NCBI GenBank assembly: GCA_051362555.1
Contig: CM120646.1
Coordinates: 19,840,001 to 19,904,000, forward strand
From: Lingula anatina
Lineage: Eukaryota > Animalia > Brachiopoda
Direction of reading: 5' to 3'
Length of the DNA stretch: 64,000 nt
The notes beneath the pieces were generated by a model. That model made no database searches. It was not told the origin of the DNA and saw only the letters and a program-made list of their open reading frames with translations. Positions 36,852 to 50,195 of the stretch are shown here, one piece after another; positions within the stretch are counted from its first letter, which is position 1, and every line of letters begins with the position of its first letter. Both the position numbers and the translations under genes were made by a program.

Positions 36852-39420
36852 TCAAGAACGGATCGTAGTGAAATACTGCGGTTGTTCCTTCCAAACAAAA
36901 TAAAGCGACAAAATCAAAATTAGTACAACCATCAGACCAACACAAATACAGACGTGTTTAGCTCGACAAACACAACTTCCTTCTCCAAAATCAGAATTTA
37001 TAGAAATAGACGCGTCTCTTCTTAAAATACCCCCAGTTCGACGCGCCTTCCGGGTTTTGCAGCACCCGCAAAAACGTTCTTTTAGTGTGACGTCAGAAAC
37101 AGATAACGACAAAACCTCGTCATCAGTGTCACCGATAGGGGGCGCAGTTGGTATTAAGGCCTGCCTTGCAATGTCATCTTCAATTACTTTTGTGCTTGTT
37201 GTTTGTCTTTTTTCGTCGTATTCGGTGACAACATTGAAGTGTGCCACACGAGCGAGTGACGACTGCTCACTTGTAGATTTATTGAGACGGGAAGGTATAA
37301 AAGTTGGCGTCAAAAAATTCCCTTGCGTCTCAGTGCATCGGTGACATGCTTTTGAGCTTGTGCATTCGTTTTCATCGTGGTAAATGACGTCACTATAACT
37401 CGGCGGGAGCGACCAACATGGAGACGGAGAGTCCCCCGGCGTCAACCCCCGCCACTGCAGCTCTTCCCGCTCTGCAGATTTCGGTGTCGTCTGCTGCAGA
37501 CTGGAAAGGCAAGCATTTGGTGGTTCTTCCACCTCCACTGTGATGATGTTGATAGTGGGAAGGGGAAGGGATAACCGGTTATTGGTCTGCGGCCCCTCCG
37601 GCTCCTGAAAAAAAAAGAAAATACTTGAAACATCTTCATTATCATCATTGTCATCCTCATGACACGAAACAGGTTGTAATACAAGATTACAGTACTAATT
37701 TGAATTATTTCACAAATCGAATGCAAAAGAGAGGATAAGTGGTAAGAAGGATAACTGGTACACGTAAGAAGACAGTAAATCTATAGGCGTCTCTTTTGTT
37801 CATTTGTGGTTTTGCCAATTTTTCATCGCCTTTGATATTTACTATACACTTGCCCTGTTCCATCATAGGGATACAGCCACTAATGACAAAATGACTGTTG
37901 TAATAAAAAGCTCAATTACAGTCAATTCCCTAAAGAACAGCTAGGCAGGATTCAATAAAATTCTGATTTGCAAACATCAAAGTCAATTTAATATTCCACC
38001 TCATCTCCTCGCCAGGCTTTAATAAAAAACTGATTTGTGAACATGGACAAGCTAGGACGTCGGCTATGAATGATCATGAACCTAATAGAATATATCTAAA
38101 TATCACCATAAACAGATGCAATAATCACGGAAAAGATACATTGGTCGTCAGAATCATCATTTCCGTAATTGAAAACGGAATTATTATTGAGCCGAAAGCG
38201 AAAAAATGAAAGGTTGATTTGATAATTGGACTCATTGCAGCGAGTTTTTTCGTAACACCGATTATTTGAATGCAAAAATTACGATAGAAAAGTACATTTT
38301 ATTTTATTATTATTTTTTTTTTTGGTATGTAGATGTTGCTTAATCAGTCAGGTTTAGTCAGCTTTTTTTTCTCTTCCAATTTGACGGAATTAATTTTATG
38401 TTCCACTGATTTTTATTGGAAGTTTTACAATATAATATTCATGGGACACGCAGTCGTGGTACATGTATTCTAAAACCATAAGAATATTCTACAGACCTCC
38501 TTAGACCTCAGTTGATTTTTGCACTTGACTAAACTCTATATTTCTCATGATAATGAGCTTTCAAAAATGATAAAATATGCTTGTAAGTTTTTCGTAATCA
38601 GAGATACTTGAAGACAATAATTGAGAAATTGTAACCTGATCATCAATTTAATCTAATAAGCCACCATAACTACCCTTCACACACTGTACAATCTGTATGC
38701 ATGTACTGAGGGGCAGGCGTGTATTTTCTTGGCCACGGACTATTTTCCATCATCTTCTTAGTGTGCTTTGGGTCTCATTTGGCAGAGCAGAAGAGATACT
38801 TGCCAAAATTATCAAAACAGTAATTGGGCGCCTCTCTCTCTTTTTTTCTATTATCAACCCAAACCATCCAGAGCCATGTTAATCTGCATTAGTAAGCAAG
38901 CCCCATTTGGAGTCGATGTACCGCAAAAAGCGGCTTTCAGTCAATACGAAGATCATTATACAAAATAGGAACATCTGTTATTTTTGTATTATAACCTCTG
39001 CAGACTTAATAAACAAACAAGGCGGCTTTTTAATGTAAAGAAAACCAGTGCACAAAAGCATCATAAAGGCGTTATTTGCAATTGGACGGTTACCTATAAG
39101 GATACAAACACGCACAATCTGCTTGGTATAGCGGATTCACACAAGAATTGAGTAACTAATAAAAAAATCGATGGGAAATGACTGCTTTCAATTGAGCAGT
39201 TTTTTCCACGTAGCTCAGTGTCGTAATATTATCTCTAGCCATATCCTCTTGAGCTGTTTTGATAAAATGTTTTTCTACAGTTAAGATTAAATCGATGCAT
39301 AACAAAAGCTTTTGTATTACAATATCTAGACAGAAATGTATAGAATTACCACGCATTAATCACTCGACATCAACGATGATAAAAAATGTCTCCCTCTCTC
39401 TCCCTCTCTCTCTCTCTCTA

Positions 39421-39492
<72 letters not shown>

Positions 39493-39532
39493 CACTAACA
39501 GGAACTAAGCATGAGCATCTTACCCTAGACAT
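36852..39532 (-). CDS. orphan single-pass (type II / tail-anchored-like) membrane protein with PPxY and PTAP motifs, ~253 aa
   Basis: Main exon 37604-36852 follows TTTTTTTCAG| and is open throughout. Candidate first coding exon ATGTCTAGG|GTAAGA at 39532-39524 is phase-0 compatible but less certain. Contains LPPSY, PTAPP, FCGCC and the TM segment VCICVGLMVVLILILSLYFVW near the C-terminus. Confidence 0.7.
39391..39488. repeat. (CT)n-(CA)n-(GA)n compound microsatellite
   Basis: Seen directly. Confidence 0.9.
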
Positions 39533-41477
39533 ATTATGGATGGATCGTAATGCACAAATGTCGTGTTGACAAAGGTATAGAGCAGTGGATTTGACAATTT
39601 ACTCTAAGATTTGACTCACGCCTCATTTCATTATACACACCATCATAAGAAGCATTATGGATTTCCAAAACTCCTTATTCCCTGTTAATTGGTATCCAAT
39701 TGCTTGATTAAAACAGTCCTGAATTGATCGCTTATTAAGAATTTATCAGTATTTGCGATAAAGTAGCCCATTTCCGCCCGGCCACGATAAAGGTGAATAA
39801 ATACAGGTGAGATTAATAATCAATAGAGTCTTTTCTACCATGAAAGTCAGTCACGCGCGTAAGTGGACAGGAATTGACTTTATCACGAACCTTTAACCTT
39901 TTTTCTCATTGATGCATCCACACACTTCATTCTTATGTTATTTCACTTGCTATTCTGTTGTGCACAGTCTTACTTTGAAGTAAATTGTACATCTTCCCGT
40001 GTCCCACATTAACAAACCCATTCAGGTTATCAAACAGAAGGCGAGGAATTCTACTATATATCAGAGTTGTAAGATTTCGAGTTACAGAGAGCTGAAATGT
40101 ATTTAACTGATAGCGCGGCCTTGGGTGGTTGGGATTAGGATTAGGATGTCAAATATATACATATATATGTAAACTAATGCTTGTCCCCTTTTATTCTTTC
40201 TTTAAAATAAACTCACGCTTTGAAACTACTATCTCAATTTTAATGAACATCCTGGTATTTTCTGTGTAGCCAGGAAAACAGGAATACGATAAATTCAGGT
40301 CGTGAGATTGCACGAATTTAACATACGGGCACCGTCACTTAAAAAAAGGCCCTAAAAGCAAATCCCACAGCTTTTATGCAGGCAGAGGATTAAAAAAACT
40401 AACAGCATACATTGATATTTATGAAAGCTTTATACGGCAAAGCGAATTATTCGTTAGCGATGGCGGATTTAGATTGATAAGTGATATTGTTTTACAAACT
40501 GGGAAGTAAGCTTTTGCATTGAAAAGAATGTCATTTACTGAGTGATCACCAGGGTTTTTCGGAAGAGCAAAATGGTTGATGTTACTCCCTATATTATGCA
40601 TGCATGCACCGTAACGTTACAACGGCACCGAATCTGTTTAGTACGTGTAATTTAAAAACAAAAACAAAAATAATTATACCTGATAACAAAATCGAAGACC
40701 GCTGTAGGATCACCGTAACTGGTGAATAAAAAAACGGGATGCTCATACTAAAGACTAAATGAGAAGGAAATAAAATAACGATCTCTCAGATCCAGTTTAT
40801 TTTGATTTGTTTCAAAAACAAACTTCTCGACAGATCGAAACATTCGAGAGTAGCCGCTAAATAAATATCTAAAAATAGTTTACAGATACGAGACTGCGTC
40901 ATATCCTTCCAACTGAGAGCCTTAGAGAGAAAAGGGTGACAAAAATAAATGGCACACCTCAAACAGATTGATATTTATGAAAAGAGACACCAGTGGACTC
41001 GGGTTTGTCTATCTTGAGAATACAATAGTGACTTCGATAAGAGAGAAAATTGGTATTGTTTGTTTTGGATATGAAACATTTCAATCCCTTTCAAAAATTT
41101 CAAAACAGGAATCGGATGGCTACTTGAAAAAATCTATGGGTCAATAATATGACAGATTCAACGTACAGGTAATTGAGGCCCCTCAGTTTTTTTGACATTA
41201 CCAGTCTCTATCACTGATATACCTACTAATTGTTACTGCCTGCGTATCACTTACTGAATATACATATTGCACTATATCCTAAGTGTTTTTTCCCTTCCTC
41301 TTTCACATTTTTTTCAAACCTAGGTAAGCCAATTAATACATGTTATTGTTGCCACTGGGAAATTGCAAGTGTTATATTTCATCAATACAAAATATTTGCC
41401 AAGTGTCAGAACCAATTTTCAATGGCCTTTTATTCCTATGTCAATTAATTAGAGTATCAGCTATATATTTAGCCTCT

Positions 41478-41479
<2 letters not shown>

Positions 41480-41518
<39 letters not shown>
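41480..41518. repeat. (GA)n microsatellite
   Basis: Seen directly. Confidence 0.9.
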
Positions 41519-41521
<3 letters not shown>

Positions 41522-42173
41522 ATCTTCTCTATAAATCCCTCGTAGAAAAAATGAACCAGAACCCTTCATGCTACAGTGTAACTCCATTGCCCCCATTTCT
41601 AAGAACAAAACACCAGCATCGACAGAATCTTTTATCAATTTCAATTTCAGAACTCGATCTTTTACACAAAGACGCAGCGGGTTTTTGCTTCTAGATAACA
41701 AAGCCACGATAATCGAATCATGCATAAGTTCATTACGGTAAGCGTACGCAGTATCGGGAATTGGTGTCAAGTTTCATCACTGGCTTCACTTCGTATTTCA
41801 AAGGATACACGGATAAGGGATGGGCAAAATATGTCGCATGTTTTTAAGTATTTAAATCGATGCAGATGACTGAAAATAGTGAAGACGTTTTTTTCCTGAG
41901 AACTCCCGCCCACTGGAAAACAACGTGCATAAAATTACATCATAAATTATCATGGGATGGGTTATGGTCGAAAACTCTCGAAAAGAGCTTTAACAAATTT
42001 CCGTTAACGATGACGGAGAGCGCATGCTTGGCAGAGGACAATCACCGCCAGTACTCTGAAACTCAGGGTTACGGAGAAAATCTGCTGGATAGCGATAAAA
42101 TTACTGTCAGCACACTGAACACCAGGCACGGTTTGCCCACTCAAATCTGAGTAATTATATAATACCCTGTAAC

Positions 42174-42313
42174 CATGGGCGTCCGCAGAAAATTTTCCAG
42201 GGGGGAGGGGGTCAAAGTCATTGAAGGGGGAGATAATGATTGGCTGGGTACCCGCAATTAACGTGCCCAAGGGTGGTTAAGTGACCCCCATTGACCCCCT
42301 GCGGACGCCCATG
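42174..42313. mobile_element. hAT-type MITE (140 bp)
   Basis: Perfect 15-bp TIRs CATGGGCGTCCGCAG / CTGCGGACGCCCATG; 8-bp flanks CCTGTAAC / CCTGCAAC (1 mismatch), the TSD length typical of hAT elements. Confidence 0.85.
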
Positions 42314-43219
42314 CCTGCAACTGAGTGTCCTACCTAAACAACATTGCACCAACGTAGTAATACACGTGCATTCATATAATAATCTTATGTGCGGTATTCA
42401 TATTCCACATCCAAGCACAATATCATTCTGTACCAGAAAATTAAGTTATATTAAGAAAAACGAACATCGATATACAAAATAAAGAAGGATCCGATTTAGA
42501 ATTATTGCAGGTTGTTGAAGAGAGTTACAGCAATGTTATATTAACGTAGGCCATTGGCGACCTTCGAAATTGTTGTGATACCAAAACTTTTGCTTATTGT
42601 GTTAAACATAAAAGAGAAAATAAGAGAAATACTATGAACCATCACAAGAGATGATGGATGCAAACTATGATGATATCTAAGTATTTCACTCTTTCTAGAA
42701 AGCTTCAAAATTAATATCCTGTGTGGAAAACGCACCCATATGCATGTGATATTTCAGTCGGACTGATGATCTATGTTTTCGCCGGTTAATTGAATGGTGC
42801 TATTTTATATGATTTTTCACATGCTTCCCTTAATTCATTTTCCTTGTAATGCTGGCTAACTACATTGTAAAGGTCGTATTTGAAACAGGTAATAGCAGCT
42901 AACACGAAGCAGGTGAAATAACCATAGATGAGGGTTATTTCTGTCTGTGTAACCTATTTGCGGACAGGTAAAACCAGGAGCTTTGATATTTAACAGATGC
43001 CGAGTAGTTTATACGAGGCATTAAAGGTTACACGGAACTGCATAGCTTTCTTTACCATATGACTGCATCAAGGAAAACGCAGGCAGGCGAACGCGCAATG
43101 AATAAATAACTAATATACACAGTCAGGTTTAAACCAAGATGTGTTTTCGCTAAGAGTTAAAATGCCAAAGTTAGAGACAGACTAAGAGTGTGCCTAGTAG
43201 GCGAGGAAGAGTTAGAGAT

Positions 43220-43360
43220 GGGGGGGGGGGGGGGGGGTGCATCTTCGACATTTGGTATGCTGGCAAGTTCACGTATGTCACGTAAACAGAGGGGGGGGGG
43301 GGGGGGTGCATCTTCGACATTTGGTATGCTGGCAAGTTCACGTATGTCACGTAAACAGAG
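43220..43360. repeat. exact tandem duplication of a ~70-bp unit (poly-G plus 53-bp core)
   Basis: TGCATCTTCGACATTTGGTATGCTGGCAAGTTCACGTATGTCACGTAAACAGA is identical at 43238 and 43307, each copy preceded by a G run. Confidence 0.95.
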
Positions 43361-46315
43361 CGAATAATCTTAGTAGTTTTAGATTTTTTACCTCGATCAC
43401 CGTCTGATTTCGATCAGTTATACACTCTACGAAATGATATCCAAGATGTGTTATCACTCTTGCTGACGAGGGATTAGATAAGTGTAAAACATCACCCTAC
43501 AACACTAACTCACCGCTTGTGCTATCAGATCAATAATGTAAACGCATATTCTGTCATAATGACAACAATCCTTATTGTTTCAACCAGTATACTAAACCAG
43601 CTCACCGCACCGCCAAAGCGTTTAGTTCACAGCGCTCGAAAGAATAATTAAACGACATAGTGTCCGCCTTACCGTGGTGCGTGTAAGTACTGGAGTCTCC
43701 ACACCGCCCGGGCCCTCCGAGTCCTCCGAAGCCATTTTCCCGTATTCTATTTTGTAAGCCTCGGAGGCAAGCGTGGCGCGTGCGTACACAGCCCATACAA
43801 TGGGTCACGCTGGTCGATATGCACTAAGTCAATACAAGATTAATATAAAAACTCGACTATAATCGATAAACTGTCGTTTTGTAGAATAGAGTAGTCTATT
43901 CAAATATCTGCTTCAAGTTGCAAGAAGGAGATCCTGTGTATTTTTCATTAACGATGGATCGATTTTCAATCGGTTTAATCGGTTTAAAGTAGACAATGAA
44001 CAAAGGAAAAAGCAACGACGTGTCTTTTTTCACCGCTAGCTGCACAAATGTGATGTGATACATATTCCTCAATAAATCAAAGCTGCTACGGATAAAAGAG
44101 AAAGAAGTTCTCGGTCCATTATTTTGAATCATGGATCCACTGAAAAAAGGTCAATATCTAAAGCGCGGTTTCTACACTTCACGTTTATGTCACAGTTGGA
44201 CAATATTCTTCATTGTAGGAGAGAAATGGCGCTTTGTAGTTTTTTGTTTGAACAGATGGGGTCACACAAACTCCCCCATGGGCGGTCTATTCCATCTTTT
44301 TTTAATTGTTGATAGAATATGTAGGTAAAATATTTGTTTTTCGTCGTCAAACAAGTATGAAAATTTGCACACAATTTGTCCAAAGCCAATGAACAAAATA
44401 ATAGGTTGAATGGATTATTTTAAACCTGACATAAAGAAAATATTAGTCTACAGAGTGAGGTTATAATGCAGTTACATTACAAAAACTAAACGTTTCCTAT
44501 TCGATAAATGAATGGATGTTAATTAACTTATAAGTACGAATAAATGGGCGACTAAATAAATAAATAAATAAAGAAATGGTTGTTTGATTTTGAAATCAAA
44601 TATTAGCAAATATGTACTTGTTTCGGTGCAATGGTGCGTCAAAATAATGTTGGGATGTCTTTTCCATCGCTTACTCAATAGTCAGTTTATCAATATGTTA
44701 AAAAAGGACTTCTGTTGTAAAGCAAAGATACATGGTTTAATGAGATTAAAGAAACTTTTCACAATGCGATAAAGTGAAAATATCCTACCCTGAGAACCGT
44801 GACTGGGCCGTTTGACTACTGTTCGCTTGCCAGTGTGACGTCATAAAGCATTGCCTTATGTCGTCATAAAGTATCACAGTGGCGAACGGGATGCATTGTC
44901 TCTTATGACGTTGTTCTTGTATATGACGCAACATCAAGAGAGATCCCTTTATCCCACTAATTATGTTTATTTGACGTGATACAATTAACATCATTGTATG
45001 TGGCGTGTCTGTGTCAGTCGTTCAATCATTTTTATAAATCTTTTTCTTTGAAACACCACACTTAGTACGAATAATTCTCATTGCCCTTAAATGTCTTAAT
45101 TTCTTCTGTATCAATGTAAGGGCGTCAAATAGCGTGTTTTCGCCCAATATCCGGTTTAAAAAAGCCCTCGTCTGAAGAGATCCTTGAGCCGAGGGGACTG
45201 TAAAGCTTTTGCGTTATTGAATGAATGCGACAATTCTACTTTTTCCCTTAAGTCGGGTTGTTTCCATCACATCACAAACAGCAACAATAGCAGACTACGT
45301 ACACTTATGACAGGCTTACAGGCGGGGGAGTAGAGAACGACAAAGGCAATGTTGGGGAAAGATATTATGTTGATCGATTTGGTTTTAAAAACGCCTGACT
45401 CCAATTTGAATGCATCGTTGAAACCAATGTTGTTGTTCAGATGGCAGTGTGGCGGGAGGTATAACTAGCTTATGTTTACTCAGGTAGATAGTTTTTAGAC
45501 AAAGTGATCGACGGGTTACTGATCCGAATGATGTGTTGACTTACAAAGAATCTTTGTGAAAGGCTGACTATGGGGTCCAATTTACTATAGTGTGTGTTTG
45601 TTGGCGTGTTTTAACGAAATCAAAGGTTATTTGATGAATGGTATAGACACACACGCAAACACACACGCACACACTCTGCAATACAGTGTAGCTTCAGCGA
45701 ATAAACAGCGAATAAAGTCGTACTTCTGAGCTCGAGGAAGGGGATTGCGGATAAATTTACTTTTTTTATCTTCGTATCTAGATCCATGCTTCTTTTTTCA
45801 AATTATATTCTGAACTTCCCTTTTTGGCTCTTACAGTCCTGGTGTCTTGGTAACAATGATGACATCCACTCTTTTTTTGGTTTTATTTGCATTTTTATCG
45901 AGGTTGACCCACGGTTTATTAAGGACGTGTGACGCATTGCGACAGATAAGACGAAGATTGCGTCTCAATGATGTTAGTGTATTATTTGCATCGAAACTAC
46001 ATTGAATAAGGTGTATACACTATAATGACTTTATTCAAATTATCGTGACAGATATTCAACAAAAAGTCATGATGCACGTTTTTTTTTTTTTTTTTTTTTT
46101 TTTTTGAAACAAAGGAACGACTTTCTCTCGTGATGGAGTAATTGGTTTTGTTTAAGTTGTATCACCAATTTATCTCAACATTTAAGACACTAATTGAGAA
46201 AGAGGCCGGACGAGATTATTTAACAATCTAACTATCATTTAAACATTGGTGTTAAAATAAGTCATCGAGTATTTAGGTGCACATGCAAAATTTAGAAAAC
46301 TGTATTACCAAATTA

Positions 46316-46921
46316 TTATGAGCGTTTATTTTTCTCCGAGCAAAGTCGGTCGACAACCTCCTTCCATTTATCGGGATACGTCTTCAAATTATTCTGCATG
46401 GCATACACAGCCTGTTCAAATGGATATTCCTTGTTCTCCGTCTCGTCTTTTGGCGAAAAAACCATCAGTGCTGCCATCACTGCCAATACAATCCCAATAA
46501 GCACCAAAATTCCCATTATTACTTTAAGCCAATCTTTTCGCTGCCATTCAAACACCAGTGGTGCAGTTTTAACATTAGTACTTTTTCTTATAGGACTATT
46601 CTTTGGACCACCTTTACGTTCAACATCACTGTCGTCTGCTGAATTAGTCACGTGGCTATCGATAAGCAGACGACAGGTGTTGTCTTCCGTACATGTACCC
46701 TCTTGTGCAAGCTTTTGATTTCCGCTGTCTAGCTTCAGAGGCTGTTTTTCTCTGACATTTGCGTTATCAAGTTCAAGTTTCAGTAAACACGACCTTGGCC
46801 TAGGCCTTTTATCAAACTGACCCTCGCCTTCCCGACTGCATTTATCGCCATCCTCTCTATCGTCATTTTCTAATTCCGATTCAGAAGCCTCAAATATTTC
46901 ATTTTGCAACGGTAAAGACAT
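46316..46921 (-). CDS. orphan single-pass type II membrane protein, 201 aa
   Basis: ATG-initiated ORF with a charged, disordered N-terminus, TM segment VIMGILVLIGIVLAVMAALMVF and a ~46-aa C-terminal tail; AATAAA ~280 nt downstream. Confidence 0.7.
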   Translation of the reverse strand: MSLPLQNEIFEASESELENDDREDGDKCSREGEGQFDKRPRPRSCLLKLELDNANVREKQPLKLDSGNQKLAQEGTCTEDNTCRLLIDSHVTNSADDSDVERKGGPKNSPIRKSTNVKTAPLVFEWQRKDWLKVIMGILVLIGIVLAVMAALMVFSPKDETENKEYPFEQAVYAMQNNLKTYPDKWKEVVDRLCSEKNKRS

Positions 46922-47534
46922 GACTGCAGGTATTCAGCTTGTATTACGTTGCAAAACGTAGTCCAATCCAGAGTCCAGTTCATACAATGTCCGTTGTTAT
47001 ATAGGTCTACACACTGTACGTCCGACATGAACCTTGGACGGTTCTCCTTTCAGAGCGAGAACTGAAATCCAGCCTTACACGTGCACCGGTATATATATTT
47101 ATATAAGATATCAGCATTAAGTCGACGTACTTTGCAGTCCTACCATTTACCTTAGTTATTCCCAAATTTGGTGTAACTGTAAGGGTAAGGCCATACTGGT
47201 CATCCGCGTCCCGGATTTGACACTGTGATAATGCAGAGCGGCTTTGATATGGCAAACCTTATCATTAAGTTAATTTGTGATGTGACGATAACGTGTGTAG
47301 CAGATTCAGGCCCAGGGCATAGGTCGCTTACATGTACATAATTGTCCCGAAAAACGTAGGTCGTTGAATGATCCTTTTTTTATTTTTTATTTTTTTATTT
47401 ATTTTATTTTATTTTTTTAGTGAACAAACCAAATTGATTTTTTATGAAAATAATGGAAGGCAAATCAGAGAGTCAGCTGTAAGATTAATGTTTTTTTTGG
47501 TCATTTGTATTAAATATTTCGATATTCAAAAATT

Positions 47535-47911
47535 TGACTGCCCCTTGGGGTTAATGGTTATGTGTTCCATATATTGACCTTTTGAGTATGACGTCACATT
47601 CCAGATCTGGTTCAGGTGACTAAAAATAACATACATCACTTTGGGAGTAAGCTATTAGGAATTTCGCCATTTTCTGACGATATATCTTTGGCATTGAATT
47701 TATAGGTCTTTGTCAGCCGCTTGTTGGACAGACCGAACATAAATGAAGATGCTTCTTTTTTCCTAAAGGATTTCGATTGATTTTGTAAGCTATATTTATA
47801 ATGCGATACATAATCTCTACAAGGTGCGCCTTGATATCAATATCAGGTAAAGATTCGTGTGGATGCTTCAGCTGAGGCTGGTCCGAATGAGGACGCATAT
47901 CAACAATCGCA
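47535..47911. repeat. dispersed ~380-bp repeat, copy 1
   Basis: Colinear and highly similar to 57922-58304, from TGACTGCCCCTTGGGGTTAATG to ATCAACAATCGCA. Confidence 0.9.
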
Positions 47912-48313
47912 TTTATGTAGCCAAATGTTCACAAGCACAACGAGGCTCTGTTTTTGCTCCAAAATAAGTAAGATAAGTCCATATGACTGAAAATTGTCAT
48001 TTATTAATGACGAAAACTAATAAGATACAAAGTTAAAAAACTGGGGCGATAATCTAACATTCCCCAAACTATATAAGTGCCATAATATAAAAATAATAAA
48101 GTATGTTAATGAGTGTAACCAGGATTAATTAAGAAAAATATGAGAAATTACAACAGCTATAGGAGCAAAAAGTTGGCACTGCATGCCTCGAAGAAACGTG
48201 TGTCACGGCCTGAATGGGCGTACAGATAAAAAAGTAAGTAAAACAATAACTTGATGAAGATATTTTTTATACACATAATTAATGCACACTGACGGTTTAT
48301 TGGTGAACGAATA

Positions 48314-49455
48314 TAATAATAATAATAATATATTTATTTCAAGTCTAAAATCCATAAAATGTTCAATAGACTGTACAACATAAAATACAAAGAAGTTTAT
48401 AGATAAAAATGGTTAAGATATATTTTATATAAATAAGAGCTTAACTAACTTAATTGTAATAAACAGTAATTAAAAGTAAAAAATCCAAGGTTTCTTTAAA
48501 ATTGTAAAATTTAAGATTCATGAATAAAATGTCTTAAAAATATGAGTTTTTAATTCCTTTTTAAAAGATTCTTGTGATTCTATTTGTCTAATAAAAATTG
48601 GCAACTTATTCCACTCTACTGGTGCAGCTACACAAAATGATATGTCACCATATGATTTTAACCTTGATTTTGGAACTTTCAGTAAAAGGGATCTTTGAGG
48701 GCTATAATGTTTGACTAGATCAGTTATATATGGTGGAGCTAGATTATAAAAAGCAGCATGTGTAAAAACTAAAACCTTAAATAAAATTCTGGCCCTAACT
48801 GGTAACCAGTGTAGATGCTTTAAAATTGGAGTGATATGGCAATTCCTAGGCTGTAGCATTAAAAGCCGTGCTGATATATTCTGGATGCGTTGTAATCTTT
48901 TGATCTTATCATCTGGACATCCATATAATATAGAATTGCAATAGTCTACACTGGAAGTTACCAATGAGTGTATAACAGTAGCAGCAGATGATTGATTCAG
49001 ATGTTTCCTTATGGTGCCAATATTCCGAATGTTGAATAAACAAGACCTTGTGATGTTGGAGATCTGTTTGTCCATTGAAAGTGTAGAATCAAAGTATACT
49101 CCTAAATTTTTTACATGGGGGGGGGGGGGGGGGGGGGGGGGGAGGAAAATGCCATACTAGCCCCAATTTTAAGTTGCAAGTTATGAGCAAGGCCCTTGTT
49201 GTGGGGTTGAGTAATGACTAAAAATTCTGTTTTTCCATCATTTATCTTCAATTTGTTTGAAATGAGCCAACCTCTGAGGTCTGATATGCAATCAACAATT
49301 GTGTTCACAGACAATGCTGGATCATGGATGTTACAAGATGTGTACAACTGGGTATCATCGGCATAAAAGTGGTAACCTATCTTATGATAACGCAGAATTG
49401 CTCCAAGGGGTAAGGTGTAAACACAAAACTTAAGCGGGCCAAGCACGCTCCCCAC
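48314..49455 (-). mobile_element. 5'-truncated non-LTR retrotransposon (L2/CR1-Crack group), reverse-transcriptase C-terminal part
   Basis: [33 protein letters not shown] and LHWLPV..RI.FK motifs; frameshift at the G run 49117-49142; 3' UTR ending in AATAAA and a (TAT)n tail at ~48330-48314. Confidence 0.9.
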
Positions 49456-50195
49456 GCTTACCATTAGCGGTAATGTTTTACACATGGTGAATATCTTAAA
49501 ATCTATTATTAAAATAGCATCTTACAAAATGCATAAACTGATTATATAATTACATTCAGATAATACAATAAATCAAAAGAAATGAGACCAGTTCTCATGA
49601 AATATCAATAATGGAAATTACCGGGAAAATTTGTGTAACATTTTAATGTAAAAGGTTCTAAAAGACAGTGACATAAAATACAAAATGTTCTTCAATTAAA
49701 TTGTCATATTATACATTTATAAAATACAAATCAATTAAAGTGTTCTTTCAAACGACCGAAAATGCAAACTACATATTATTCTATTCTTTTTTACAGAGAA
49801 CAACTTTACGGATAGAGTATACAGTATCTATATTCGAATCGTGACTACTTCTTCTGAAATAAATTTATTTTTATAAGGTCTTCATCTCGCCAAACCCACA
49901 GCTTCGCCTCTTTATTTCACATTTCAATTCATTTTAAGATGCGTCAATCAAAGTATTCAAATAAGTCACAAAATTGGAAACGTTTACCAATTGCAGCAAT
50001 AAATTCTAACATTCAGTCAAACTTACACAGTCATACAAAGCTGCTAGTCCTACATTTACAAAACTAAAAGCGAAATAAAAGCATTTAATTCAAACCACAT
50101 CAAATAGGAAATAAAAGGAAAATTCTACAATTTAAAAGAGGCATCTTAGAAAATACACCTATCTTTTTGGTGTACATTGATTGTTCATATTTATT

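Noticed and set aside
41860-42270. ORFs of 88-96 aa around the hAT MITE
   Set aside because: No recognisable motifs and no transposase similarity.
47835-47856. Resemblance of ATCAGGTAAAGAT to miR-8/miR-200, and of AAAGACATGGGT (~5853) to miR-71
   Set aside because: Seeds do not match and I see no precursor hairpin; the first lies inside a dispersed repeat.
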